A stretch of DNA of 64,000 nucleotides. Source: a bacterium. GTDB taxonomy: Bacteria; Orphanbacterota; Orphanbacteria; Orphanbacterales; Orphanbacteraceae. Positions 37,481-47,097 of the stretch are shown here, in pieces. A program made the position numbers and the translations under genes. How positions within the stretch are numbered: position 1 is the first letter of the stretch; each line of letters begins with the position of its first letter. The stretch is taken from the NCBI GenBank assembly GCA_025782575.1, contig JALGYY010000035.1:340670-404669 (forward strand), written 5' to 3'. The notes under the pieces are model-generated. The model made no database searches and was not told the DNA's origin. It worked only from the letters and a program-made list of their open reading frames with translations.

Positions 37481-38226
37481 GCCGGATTGCCTCGCATGAG
37501 TGAGCGGAATATTTTTTCAAGGAAACGCTCGCCTGTCTTTTCACGGAGGCCGTCGAGCGTGTCAACTGCAAGAATTTCGCCCCGGTCAATGATCCCGATT
37601 CGATCGCAGAGCCGCTCGGCTTCACTCATGATGTGGGTGGAGAACACGACACACTTCCCGGCCGAACGGCACTCTTCGATGAAAGTGAGAAGGGTGTCCG
37701 CCACGATGATATCAAGCCCGGACGTAGGTTCGTCAAATATCAGAATCGGTGGATCGTGAACGACCGCGCGAGCGATGGAGACTTTCTGTTTCATTCCGGT
37801 GGATAGTTTTTCGCAACGAACGTCCGAGAATTCTTCCATGTCGAACAACCGGACAAGCTCGTCAATACGGGAATGCAACCGATCGTCCGGAAACCGATTC
37901 AACTGGCCGAAGTATCGGAGGATTTCTCTCGGTGTGAGCCTGTCGTAGAGACCTGTCTCGCCGGACAGATAGCCGATCGATGCGCGCACACGTTCCGGCT
38001 CTCTGATGACATCGTACCCGTTCAGGGTGGCCGTTCCGCCGGAAGGCTTCAGGATGGTCGAGAGGAGTCGGAGGGTCGTCGTCTTGCCGGCGCCGTTCGG
38101 GCCGAGCAGGCCGAAGATCTCACCTTTGACACACTCGAAGCTCACCTGGTTCGCGGCGATGATCTCCCCGCGCCGCTTGTCGTGATAACGTTTGACCAGG
38201 CGATCAGCGGCAATCATGACCGACAT
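37477..38226 (-). CDS. NatA-like ABC transporter ATP-binding protein
   Basis: GPNGAGKT, LSTGMKQ, FDEPT and STH. Confidence 0.93.
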   Translation of the reverse strand: MSVMIAADRLVKRYHDKRRGEIIAANQVSFECVKGEIFGLLGPNGAGKTTTLRLLSTILKPSGGTATLNGYDVIREPERVRASIGYLSGETGLYDRLTPREILRYFGQLNRFPDDRLHSRIDELVRLFDMEEFSDVRCEKLSTGMKQKVSIARAVVHDPPILIFDEPTSGLDIIVADTLLTFIEECRSAGKCVVFSTHIMSEAERLCDRIGIIDRGEILAVDTLDGLREKTGERFLEKIFRSLMRGNPA

Positions 38227-38228
38227 GA

Positions 38229-39476
38229 TCAGTTCTCCCCCCTGGAAAAGACAATCGCCGGCAATGAGCGGAGCGACCGCCCACCGGTTCCGAGCAGAAC
38301 ATCCTCGTCACCATATACTTTCTGAGCCACGTATAGCGTGACCGATGCAGAGAGGAGAGTGACCAGGATGACAATGATCGATGGAACGAGCGGCAGGGGA
38401 CCGGTAAGAGTCTGACGAAAAAGTAGAACGACATTCGTAATCGGGATGAGAGCGGTAAGGTTCGTCAGCTCAATACCGCCGGTAGCCCCGAACACCGCCG
38501 GAATGATGGACAGGAAGTAAAAGGGCGCGACATAACTTTGTCCCTCCTTGAAAGTACGGGCGAAAGCCGCCAGCGTGATCATGGCCGACGAGATCAGCGC
38601 GGCAAGCAGTGTGCCGGTCACCAGGATGACAGGAATCGCCATGAGAGGCACGTGGATGAGCGCCCTCTCTTCCTGACCCTCGATCATGCGAAGCATGTGA
38701 GTGAGAGCGATGACCATCCCGATGAGATTCAGCAGCAGAGCGGTCATCGCAGCTGTAACGACCGCCAGGAACTTACCGGCCAGAATGCTCTGGCGCGGAG
38801 CACCGGCGGTCAGGATGCTCTCCACCGTCTTTCGTTCTTTCTCTCCGACAAGCGCGTCTACAGCGGGGTGCATGGCGCCTATGGAAAGCATGATCACCAT
38901 GATGAGAGGGAGCACGAGTGAAAGCAGAAATCGTCCCATCTCTTCACTCGAGGCGACGTTTACTTCAGTGATGAATACGACCTCGATCGTTTCCGGTGTC
39001 TCGCCGTATTCCGTCAGTCGCCGGGAGATCTCATTCTCCCTGTAATCCTTCAGGATCTCATCTATCCGAGACCTCGCTGTAGTGGAACGATCTCGCGAAA
39101 GGTCGTAGTAGGTCTCAATCCTCGGGGGGGATGCGCCGCCGTTCGTGAATCGAATGAAGGCATCCAGTTTGCCCGTTTCCATTTCGGCAAGGGGATCGTC
39201 CGGTGTGAGAAGGAGCAACCGCTCATCGCCCCGAACGAGTTCCGCCAGTCCGGGCAGATTTTCATCTCCCTCCCATGCAAGTCGCGATTGCTGCCGCTCG
39301 AGGCTTCCCGATTGGAACTGAGTCCATTGCAGTATGCCCCAGATGAGGGCGGGGTACAGGAAGAGGGGGATCACCAGTGTGTAAATCAGAGTGTTTCGAT
39401 CGCGGATTGCAGAACGGATTTCGTGGCGAAACACGGTGCCCGTCAAACGGAATCGAGACATGATCACGGGTGACAT
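38229..39476 (-). CDS. NatB-like ABC permease
   Basis: RDRNTL and GEKERKTVESIL; multiple TM helices. Confidence 0.87.
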   Translation of the reverse strand: MSPVIMSRFRLTGTVFRHEIRSAIRDRNTLIYTLVIPLFLYPALIWGILQWTQFQSGSLERQQSRLAWEGDENLPGLAELVRGDERLLLLTPDDPLAEMETGKLDAFIRFTNGGASPPRIETYYDLSRDRSTTARSRIDEILKDYRENEISRRLTEYGETPETIEVVFITEVNVASSEEMGRFLLSLVLPLIMVIMLSIGAMHPAVDALVGEKERKTVESILTAGAPRQSILAGKFLAVVTAAMTALLLNLIGMVIALTHMLRMIEGQEERALIHVPLMAIPVILVTGTLLAALISSAMITLAAFARTFKEGQSYVAPFYFLSIIPAVFGATGGIELTNLTALIPITNVVLLFRQTLTGPLPLVPSIIVILVTLLSASVTLYVAQKVYGDEDVLLGTGGRSLRSLPAIVFSRGEN

Positions 39477-39479
39477 ACC

Positions 39480-40562
39480 TTACCGCCGGTCAGTTCCGGA
39501 GGCTGGAAAGAGTCCCGCGTGTCCCTCGAGAGCAAGGAGCTTCTCTTTACTTTCGAGGCCCCCTGAAAACCCGTGAAGTCTTCCCCGGCTCGAAAGAACC
39601 CGATGACATGGAATCACCAGAGGAAGAGGATTTCCGCCGAGTGCTCCCCCCACGGCCCGCGTCGCACGGGGCCGGCCGATTTTTTCCGCCAGATCGCCGT
39701 AACTCCGGACGGAGCCGAAGGGAATTTCGGCACAGGCCGCGAGCACATCGGACTGGAAAGGGCTCGCATCGATCAGGCGGTAGGGAAACGTGAATTGCTT
39801 TCGATTGCCGGCAAAATACTGATCCAACTCCCGCATGACCGGTTGGAGCCGGCCGGGATCTGAAATCCCCTTCGGCGCGAAACGAGGCACGAGACAGGAC
39901 AACCACTCCCGTTCGGACCGGTTGCCGATCCCGATTCGCACAACCGCCCCGTCGACCATGGCTGCCCAGATCCGTCCGATCGGTGAGTCCGTCGAGCTGT
40001 AGCCGGCGGTCCGATCCGGCTCGGGCCCGTCTTTCTTGAGCCGACGCCGAAGTCGGTTCCGAACAGCTGCAGGAAACGAATTTCGAAACAACTTTTCGAA
40101 AACGCCTTCAGGAGGCCGGCCGGTCTGCTCGGAGAGCCGTTTCAAAAGTCGATTGCTGCGTTTCCTGAGCGTCCCGGGAGTGATCTTGAGAAGTGTAGCC
40201 ATCTTCTCGGATCCCATGACGGGCAGGCTGAAGACCACATGCGCAAGCTTCTCGATTTCCGGGAGATTATTCCAGACCTCCAGAATCTGCGCCGCGGTCC
40301 CTCTCCGAGCGTCCCTCTTCCCTCCGGAGATCGGCTTGTACCGTACTTTCCTGGCACGCTCTCGATAGAGCCTCAAGAGGCGAATGGCAGACTGCAGACT
40401 CTCTGTCCGGTTCGCCCCCCGCTTTCCGCCACTCCAGGATCTGAGGAAGAACTCATGAATCAGATCTTCCGCGTCCAGTGGATCATGTACGAGGAGGAAA
40501 AAGAAAGGGCCCACCCACGTAGACCGATCATCGAAGTCTTTGTCAGGCACCTCTACCTCCAC
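39480..40562 (-). CDS. methylated-DNA-protein-cysteine methyltransferase with degenerate ECF-sigma-like N-terminus
   Basis: C-terminal IPFGSVRSYG, RAVG and PCHRV; N-terminal DAEDLIHEFFLRSW and MATLLKITPGTLRKR. Confidence 0.82.
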   Translation of the reverse strand: MEVEVPDKDFDDRSTWVGPFFFLLVHDPLDAEDLIHEFFLRSWSGGKRGANRTESLQSAIRLLRLYRERARKVRYKPISGGKRDARRGTAAQILEVWNNLPEIEKLAHVVFSLPVMGSEKMATLLKITPGTLRKRSNRLLKRLSEQTGRPPEGVFEKLFRNSFPAAVRNRLRRRLKKDGPEPDRTAGYSSTDSPIGRIWAAMVDGAVVRIGIGNRSEREWLSCLVPRFAPKGISDPGRLQPVMRELDQYFAGNRKQFTFPYRLIDASPFQSDVLAACAEIPFGSVRSYGDLAEKIGRPRATRAVGGALGGNPLPLVIPCHRVLSSRGRLHGFSGGLESKEKLLALEGHAGLFPASGTDRR

Positions 40563-41016
40563 CGGCTCAGATCCAGAGTTAGAAACTACATTAACAAGAG
40601 AGATCGCGGGCGGAAAGGCGAATTGTTCGAGCGGTCAATGCACGGAATAGAAAACGGTTGCTCCCGGGACCGGCGAAGTCGCGCGAGTTCAGGTTTTACA
40701 TGAACTCGATAGTCAGAATCGTTTATATATGATCCAATCAATTCGACGAAACCGACTTTCGATGCTATACTTTGAATGAGAATCACATCAGCCTCCCCCA
40801 GCAAGTCTCCCAGGGTAGGAGGAGATGGCGTCCCCTTCGGCGCCGCAAACAAACACACTGAAAAAATTTGTTGAGCAGGCAATTGAAGACGCTTGGTAGA
40901 GCGATCGCTGCGGTTGTCGTGGCTCCGGTTACCCGACCCACTTAAACGGATTACCCCCTGGTTGCGAGGTCTAGAGCCAGCGCTTCAGGCGGCGATCGCT
41001 CCCTTATTCGCGATCT

Positions 41017-42429
41017 TCAATGTGAGTCTGCGGAAGTTTTTCGATTCGACCGCCTGCCCCGTTTCCCGGTGCCCCTCGAAACAAGATCAAGACGGTATTT
41101 CTTGAAGAGATGCCACATGCTCCGTTCACTCATGCCTAGTTTTCGTGCCGCGCGCGCCTGGACCCAACTGCACCGATTGAGGGCATCGATCAGGACGCCT
41201 CTCTCAAATTCGGAGACCCGCTTCTGAAACGAAGGGACCTCATCGACTGTAGTCCGGCCGCCGCCGGCCGATCCCTGGATCGTGCCGGGAAGATCGCCCG
41301 GTGTCAGGTAGGGTCCTTCGCCGATCACGACAGCACGTTCGACCGTGTTCTCCAGCTCCCGAATATTGCCCGGCCACTCATGCCTCATCAGGATATCGAG
41401 GACATCCTCCGCCACTTTTTTCCTCTCCAGGCCGTTCGCCCTGCAATAACGGGTGATGAAATGCTCCACCAGAATCGGAATGTCTTCCCGCCTCTCCCTG
41501 AGGGGGGGGATCGAAATGTTGATCACATTCAATCGGTAGTATAGATCGGAACGAAAACGCCCTTCACGAATCTCACGCGAAAGATCCTTGTTCGTCGCCG
41601 CGATCACTCTCACGTCGGCGGGTATCGGGTGAGTCCCCCCCACCCTCTCGATTTCACGTTCCTGTAGTGTGCGCAGCACTTTCGCCTGAGTAAGAAGGCT
41701 CATGTCACCGATCTCGTCCAGAAAGATTGTTCCGCCATCAGCTCTCTCGAATTTCCCGATCCTCTTGTCTACAAGAGTCGCCGTGTTCTTTTCGATGCCG
41801 AAAAGTTCACTTTCCAGTAGCGATTCCGGAATGGCGGCGCAATTGACTTTGATAAAGGGGCCGTCCCGACGCTTTCCCTCCAGGTGAATCATTGAAGCGA
41901 CCAGCTCTTTCCCGGTGCCGCTCTCTCCGAGGATGAGGACAGAGGATCTGACGTTCAAGACCTTACGGGCACTGGCGAGTACCCGGCGAATCCCCTCTGA
42001 TTCCCCGATGATCTCGTTCGGCTTCTGGATTCCGGGCAAGCGGGTTCTATCGACCGGTCTGCGCGCGATCATCGGATTGTCACGCCTCACTGCGAGATTG
42101 ACGAGATAGGGAAGTGCGGAAAGTTCGTCCTCCGGCAAAACCAGCGCCGACCGGCTGTCCAGCACGCCGCCGGAATCCAGGTAGTCAGGTGTAATCCAGA
42201 CGACCGGAACATCGGACAGCCGCCTGCTTCTCCAGCTTCGAAAGATAGGATCATCAGCTAGATCCGCGCTGGCCACCACCAGGATCGGCTTCGGAACGAG
42301 ATCCGTCCCGGGGAGATCGTAGGAATGAGTGACGACAGAGAAGTCTGTCTCTTCGGGCGCCTTGCCACGTAGGGAAGAGTGAATCCGCTCGGCTTCGGCG
42401 CCGCACAGCAGAATGTGATGTCCCATCAT
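41017..42429 (-). CDS. sigma54-interaction-domain (AAA+/Fis HTH) regulator lacking GAFTGA
   Basis: GESGTGKE, IFLDEIG and WPGNIREL; loop reads GIEKNTATLV; start uncertain (42429-42495). Confidence 0.88.
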   Translation of the reverse strand: MMGHHILLCGAEAERIHSSLRGKAPEETDFSVVTHSYDLPGTDLVPKPILVVASADLADDPIFRSWRSRRLSDVPVVWITPDYLDSGGVLDSRSALVLPEDELSALPYLVNLAVRRDNPMIARRPVDRTRLPGIQKPNEIIGESEGIRRVLASARKVLNVRSSVLILGESGTGKELVASMIHLEGKRRDGPFIKVNCAAIPESLLESELFGIEKNTATLVDKRIGKFERADGGTIFLDEIGDMSLLTQAKVLRTLQEREIERVGGTHPIPADVRVIAATNKDLSREIREGRFRSDLYYRLNVINISIPPLRERREDIPILVEHFITRYCRANGLERKKVAEDVLDILMRHEWPGNIRELENTVERAVVIGEGPYLTPGDLPGTIQGSAGGGRTTVDEVPSFQKRVSEFERGVLIDALNRCSWVQARAARKLGMSERSMWHLFKKYRLDLVSRGTGKRGRRSNRKTSADSH

Positions 42430-42610
42430 GGCGTATCTCGATGTCTGAGTCTGGGAGCGACAGAAACCGGTGGGGTCCGGAGAGAACCTGGGCACAATTT
42501 ACACCATCATTATACCCGAGAGCCTCCCCGCCTGTCAAAGAGAAGTGGGGACGAGGTATCCACTCTGGTACCGGGGAGGGCGACTTCTGATATCAGGACG
42601 AATCAGGGTG

Positions 42611-42640
42611 TTGACAAACGATAGGGCTGTTTTCTATCCT
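42611..42640 (+). promoter_or_regulatory. sigma70 promoter of tRNA-Glu
   Basis: TTGACA-N18-TATCCT. Confidence 0.6.
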
Positions 42641-42658
42641 ATGGATCCGCTTCAAATG

Positions 42659-42731
42659 GTCCCCATCGTCTAGTGGCCTAGGACATCGCCCTTTCACGGC
42701 GGGAACAGGGGTTCGACTCCCCTTGGGGACG
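42659..42731 (+). tRNA. tRNA-Glu(TTC)
   Basis: GTCCCCA...TGGGGAC acceptor stem, anticodon loop CTTTCAC, T-loop GTTCGACTC. Confidence 0.95.
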
Positions 42732-42780
42732 CTTCATCGTTATCGATCCGGCACAGCCTACTCCGGCTCGGGATCACTCC

Positions 42781-43005
42781 CCACCACCAGAGCGGCTCCA
42801 GCTCTTTCTTCTCCGGCCAGATCTGATTGAGGGTTTCTCCCTCGAACACCTCACCGTTATTGATCACGAAAGCCACGGAATTCGTATTGCGAATGTTCTC
42901 GAGTGGATTGCGATTCAGAATGACGAGATCGGCGAGCTTACCCTGTTCGATGCTTCCGAGATCATCCGCCAGCCCGAGCTGTCCCGCGCCATCCAGTGTG
43001 GCGGT
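42781..43005 (-). pseudogene. C-terminal fragment of an amidohydrolase-family protein
   Basis: ATLDGA..LG..LGSIEQGKLADLVIL..NPLENI with no catalytic barrel upstream. Confidence 0.75.
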
Positions 43006-43109
43006 GGGAGTCGGCGACTCGGAATAACTAGCGAAATGGATTCGTCTCAAGGAACACGTAAGAGAATTCCCTGCCCTGATCGTCGTATATGATTCTTGAG
43101 ATGCACGGG

Positions 43110-44141
43110 TCAACCGAAAAGAGCCTCTGCCGCTTTCCATGTATCTCTGTCGACGAGTTTGAATCCGGCAACAGCTTCCTCGAGCGGGGTGAGTCCGATC
43201 GTCTCGCCCCGAAGGGCGACCATCTTTCCGAAACCGCCTCGATGAACAGCGTCGATCGCCGCTACGCCGAAACGTGTACCGAGGACCCGATCGAAAGCAA
43301 CGGGAGGACCGCCGCGCTGCACATAGCCGAGCACGGTCGCCCTCGTCTGGATTCCGGTCTGCTCGGCAATCCGGTTCGCCAGCAAAGGCCCCGCCCCGCC
43401 CAGCATGACGTTTCCGAATGCGTCCAGTTCCTTGTGCTGGGTGATCAGGTTGGGTGTCGCGTCCCGCTCATGAGCTCCCTCGGCCACAACAAGGACGGCG
43501 TGTCCCTTCCGGTCGTGACAACTCTTGAGAGTGGCGCAGACCTCGTCCAGGTCGAACGGGAATTCGGGCACCAGAATCAGGTCCGCCCCGGCAGCCATTC
43601 CGGATTCCAGCGCGATCCATCCGGCATGACGGCCCATCACCTCGAGAACCATGAAACGGTGATGAGAGGCGGCTGTAGTCCTCAGCCGGTCCGCAGCCTC
43701 CGTCGCGATCGTAACAGCGGTCTGGAATCCGAATGTGTAGTCGGTTCCTCGGAGGTCATTGTCGATCGTCTTAGGTACGCCGACAGTGGGGTAGCCCTCT
43801 CTATGAAGACCGAGACAGACGCCTAGAGTGTCGTCCCCCCCGACTGCGATCACACCATCGAGCCCGGCTCCTCGTATGGTCTCCTCGATCTTCGTCATCA
43901 TCCCGGAGTCTCCGATCGGGTTGGTCCGGGACGTGCCTAGAATCGTTCCGCCAAGGTCGATAACACCAGCGACATCTTCGTATCCAAGCGGAGCCATCTC
44001 GTCGTCGACGAGGCCCCGCCAGCCGTTTCGGATTCCGACGACTTCATCGCCGTATTGTTTGATCGCCCGCACGGTGACGGCTCGAATGACAGCGTTCAGC
44101 CCGGGGCAATCTCCGCCTCCGGTGAGAATTCCGATCTTCAT
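43110..44141 (-). CDS. pfkA: 6-phosphofructokinase (PfkA family, PPi-type signature)
   Basis: TGGGDCPGLN, GGTILGTSR, GGDD, PKTIDND and EVMGRHAG. Confidence 0.93.
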   Translation of the reverse strand: MKIGILTGGGDCPGLNAVIRAVTVRAIKQYGDEVVGIRNGWRGLVDDEMAPLGYEDVAGVIDLGGTILGTSRTNPIGDSGMMTKIEETIRGAGLDGVIAVGGDDTLGVCLGLHREGYPTVGVPKTIDNDLRGTDYTFGFQTAVTIATEAADRLRTTAASHHRFMVLEVMGRHAGWIALESGMAAGADLILVPEFPFDLDEVCATLKSCHDRKGHAVLVVAEGAHERDATPNLITQHKELDAFGNVMLGGAGPLLANRIAEQTGIQTRATVLGYVQRGGPPVAFDRVLGTRFGVAAIDAVHRGGFGKMVALRGETIGLTPLEEAVAGFKLVDRDTWKAAEALFG

Positions 44142-44324
44142 CTCCATATGCCTCCTGTACAGCCTGGGTTTCCGGAGAGCATTGTGAATTCCGGCGCTCC
44201 CGTCAACCTTCCCATCCGATCTATCCCCCCTCCGCTTGACACCCCTTGGGCAACTCTCTAGGTTCCAGGTAGGGAGGGTGCGACGCATTCTCAATCTGGG
44301 TCCATTCAAAAGAGGAGGGTCACC

Positions 44325-45041
44325 GTGCTATCGAATCTTCTCCGTCATCGTCAATCGTTCTCCTCCCCTCTTGTTCTGTTGCTCCTGATCGCCGTCCCCC
44401 CCCTGATCTGTCCGATCGAACTATCCGCGAAAGATAAGGACTCCCCCCAACCACGGCCCACTGAGCGGGCCACCCCGTTCAACCTGGACTCCCCTTCCCA
44501 GATCAGGGACATCCCATCGGGATTCCTTTTCCACGGAGATGATTACGTCGCCGAGTTTCTGCCCGAGGGCGTCATCTGGAAATGGGGTGACGGAACGAAC
44601 CAGTACGCTTTCTGGGTCGTCGAAGTTCGCGGATCGCGAGGACAGATATTCTGGACCCGAAGCAAAGAATCGGGAGATTTTCGAATCGATGGCGATCGAA
44701 TTCTTTACGAGAGAACAACATTGATTCATGAGATGTACGAGGGAGACCGGGAAGGGGTAACACAGTTCTGGTACTTTGAAGACAACCCGCTATGGGAAGG
44801 GGGCAATCTGGAAATCGTCGGGGAGCTGCTGACCAAGCTCCAGGTTCGGGTGGAAGAAGGGATGATTCAGTTCTATGACGGGGAGGAAAAGTGGGCCGGC
44901 TCGTTTTTCGAGATAAACGCAACCGATCGGAACGGACGACTGCTCGCACTCTCACCCAACCTGGACGGGAAGACCGTCTCGCTCAGTGTGCCAGCCACCT
45001 GGTTATACGAATTGAACAGTGCGAGCGCCGAGGACAGATGA
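44325..45041 (+). CDS. secreted hypothetical beta-rich protein
   Basis: signal-like N-terminus and AGGAGG RBS. Confidence 0.7.
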   Translation: MLSNLLRHRQSFSSPLVLLLLIAVPPLICPIELSAKDKDSPQPRPTERATPFNLDSPSQIRDIPSGFLFHGDDYVAEFLPEGVIWKWGDGTNQYAFWVVEVRGSRGQIFWTRSKESGDFRIDGDRILYERTTLIHEMYEGDREGVTQFWYFEDNPLWEGGNLEIVGELLTKLQVRVEEGMIQFYDGEEKWAGSFFEINATDRNGRLLALSPNLDGKTVSLSVPATWLYELNSASAEDR

Positions 45042-45077
45042 GTAAAGCCGGCGACGGATGGTGCCCTGGAATGCAGT

Positions 45078-46418
45078 CTAGACATGAGGGTAGGTGCCTC
45101 CCCCCTCGGCCTCGCGACACTGCCCTTCCCAGATCAGGCGGATCAGACCCTCCGCACCTGAAGGGGCATGGAGTTCCGGTGCGCCGGACTCTTCTTTGAT
45201 TCTTGTCGGGGAATAGTCGTCGAGAAGCAGTCCATTGGCCCGCGAAACCATTTCTGACGGAATCACAACCGGATACCCTGCGCCCCTTTCCCTGATGGCC
45301 TCAGCCGTGTCCGCTCCGCCGAGCAGTCCCGCAACGTTGATCGCAGATCCCAGATACCGGTTTTCTACATCCACCAGCCTGGCGTCGATCCCATGATCTC
45401 GCCGGAGCCGTTCGAGGTGTTGCTCGAGGATCGGTGCGAAGAGCTTGCCGGTAACCACGGCAATTTTCGCAAGGGCGGGGGTCTGCCCCCTCAATTCGTT
45501 CAGCGTCCTCGAGAAGGATTCGCTGAACGCCCGGACCATACCGACCCCATCCTCATATTGGTCGAATTCTTCATAGTAGTCGGCCTCCGGGATCGGCAAT
45601 TCAGCTTTCAAGTAAAACTCGTCGCCCGGAAATACGAATCGGGTCTGGTGTTGCGCCATCATGGACTTCTGGTGATCGTGAATGCGCTCGAGGACCGCAC
45701 GGGCCACCTCACGAGTTACCGGCTGGAGAAGCGGATCTTCGGGCCTGTGCTCGGACAGCCCGAGCGGAACTACCGCCACGGCCTTTACGCCCGGGTAGTA
45801 CGCTGCCAGAGTATCCAGCGTTTCGTCCAGTACGGCCCCATCGTTCAGAGTCGGGCAGAGGACAATCTGCCCGTAAAGTTCGATTCCGCCGGCGAGCAGC
45901 TTCTCCATCGTGGGAATGAGCGGCCTCTTGGGCGGCCTCCCCAGAATGACAGCCCGAACTTCCGGATCGGTCGCATGTACGGAGACGTAGAGAGGCGAGA
46001 GACGTTGTTCCAGGATTCGATCAATATCTCGATCCTTGAGCGTATTCAACGTCATGTAGTTCCCGTGGAGAAATGAGAGGCGGAAATCCTCATCCTTCAC
46101 TTTGAGGGTAGGCCGGACACCTGCCGGAAGTTGGTCGATGAAGCAGAAGATGCACTTGCTCCCGCACAGCTTCGTCCTCATCTGCTCGAAATTGACTCCA
46201 CGCATGGGAAGAGGTTGCTCATCGATAGAGAGTGAGAGCTTTTCGGCCCCGCGGAGGAGGTCAAGCTCCAGTTCGCCGTCCGAGGCATGAAAACGAACAT
46301 CGAGATGATCGTTAACTTCCCGGCCGTTGATCGTGAGCAGCCGATCACCGGCGCAGGCACCTGCCTCCCGTAGTGGCGAGTCCTGGTCAAGGCTCTCGAT
46401 TTGCACTCCAGCAGCCAA
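45078..46418 (-). CDS. PDZ + DUF512 putative Fe-S protein (TIGR03279-like)
   Basis: CGSKCIFCFIDQLP, KDEDFRLSFLHGNY, DEFY and YEDGVG. Confidence 0.9.
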   Translation of the reverse strand: MAAGVQIESLDQDSPLREAGACAGDRLLTINGREVNDHLDVRFHASDGELELDLLRGAEKLSLSIDEQPLPMRGVNFEQMRTKLCGSKCIFCFIDQLPAGVRPTLKVKDEDFRLSFLHGNYMTLNTLKDRDIDRILEQRLSPLYVSVHATDPEVRAVILGRPPKRPLIPTMEKLLAGGIELYGQIVLCPTLNDGAVLDETLDTLAAYYPGVKAVAVVPLGLSEHRPEDPLLQPVTREVARAVLERIHDHQKSMMAQHQTRFVFPGDEFYLKAELPIPEADYYEEFDQYEDGVGMVRAFSESFSRTLNELRGQTPALAKIAVVTGKLFAPILEQHLERLRRDHGIDARLVDVENRYLGSAINVAGLLGGADTAEAIRERGAGYPVVIPSEMVSRANGLLLDDYSPTRIKEESGAPELHAPSGAEGLIRLIWEGQCREAEGGGTYPHV

Positions 46419-46670
46419 CTCTACTCTCCTTGTTCTCTAGTAATATTAGCCTCGCAGAGGATGACCGCGCAATGCCCACGTTCCATGCGATCTGCAATCC
46501 GGGGCCACCCGAAATGCAACTGAGTCCTGAGGAAATTCAGGGTGAATGAGCGAGGATTCGACTGAACCGGACACGCCTCCCCGGGGACCTCGGAAGAGAT
46601 AATTTCCAGGGCAGCGGAATCTCTTCGGCGACAACCATTTAGAGCCCCTCCCCATCTGAGCGACCGGAAT

Positions 46671-46685
46671 TGGCACAGTGTATGC
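46671..46685 (+). promoter_or_regulatory. sigma54 -24/-12 promoter
   Basis: TGGCACAGTGTATGC, 60 nt upstream of the small secreted protein. Confidence 0.65.
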
Positions 46686-46745
46686 CACTTCTTCAACCAG
46701 GAAACCTCGGAGATCAAGCCAAACACCAGGAGGAGGTCCCTTAGC

Positions 46746-47000
46746 ATGAACGTAAGAACCGCGCTGATCTTGGCGCTCATCGGCTGCCTGTTTGCCCCTG
46801 CCGTCTTCGCTAGCCAGGATAGGGGAGCACAGGAGGCGACGAGCGGCTTCGGTATTGAACGGGAAACGCAACTCAATGTGTTCTCCCAGGGGAACGATCA
46901 GAACTCCGTTAGCCGTCTCGGCATTTTCGGCAATCTGTTCCGTCTCCAGATCGAAGCCATGTTCCGGTATCTATCAGCATGGAGCAGTATCTGGACGTAA
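46746..47000 (+). CDS. small secreted hypothetical protein
   Basis: AGGAGGAGG RBS and signal peptide ending AVFA. Confidence 0.7.
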   Translation: MNVRTALILALIGCLFAPAVFASQDRGAQEATSGFGIERETQLNVFSQGNDQNSVSRLGIFGNLFRLQIEAMFRYLSAWSSIWT

Positions 47001-47097
47001 GAAAGAGGCGAATGATCGGACTCGCTGCGAGTCAGAATTAAAGGCGGCGGGCCTTCGTGGCCCACCGCCTTCGCCTATTTCAGGATTTGCTCCCTAC

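Noticed and set aside
40586..40882. 98-aa ORF in an AT-richer intergenic patch
   Set aside because: TTG start, no clear RBS or motif; more likely regulatory or relic DNA.
42694..43140. 148-aa ORF as an intact gene
   Set aside because: Overlaps both tRNA-Glu and pfkA; only the central part is protein-like, so it is treated as a fragment.
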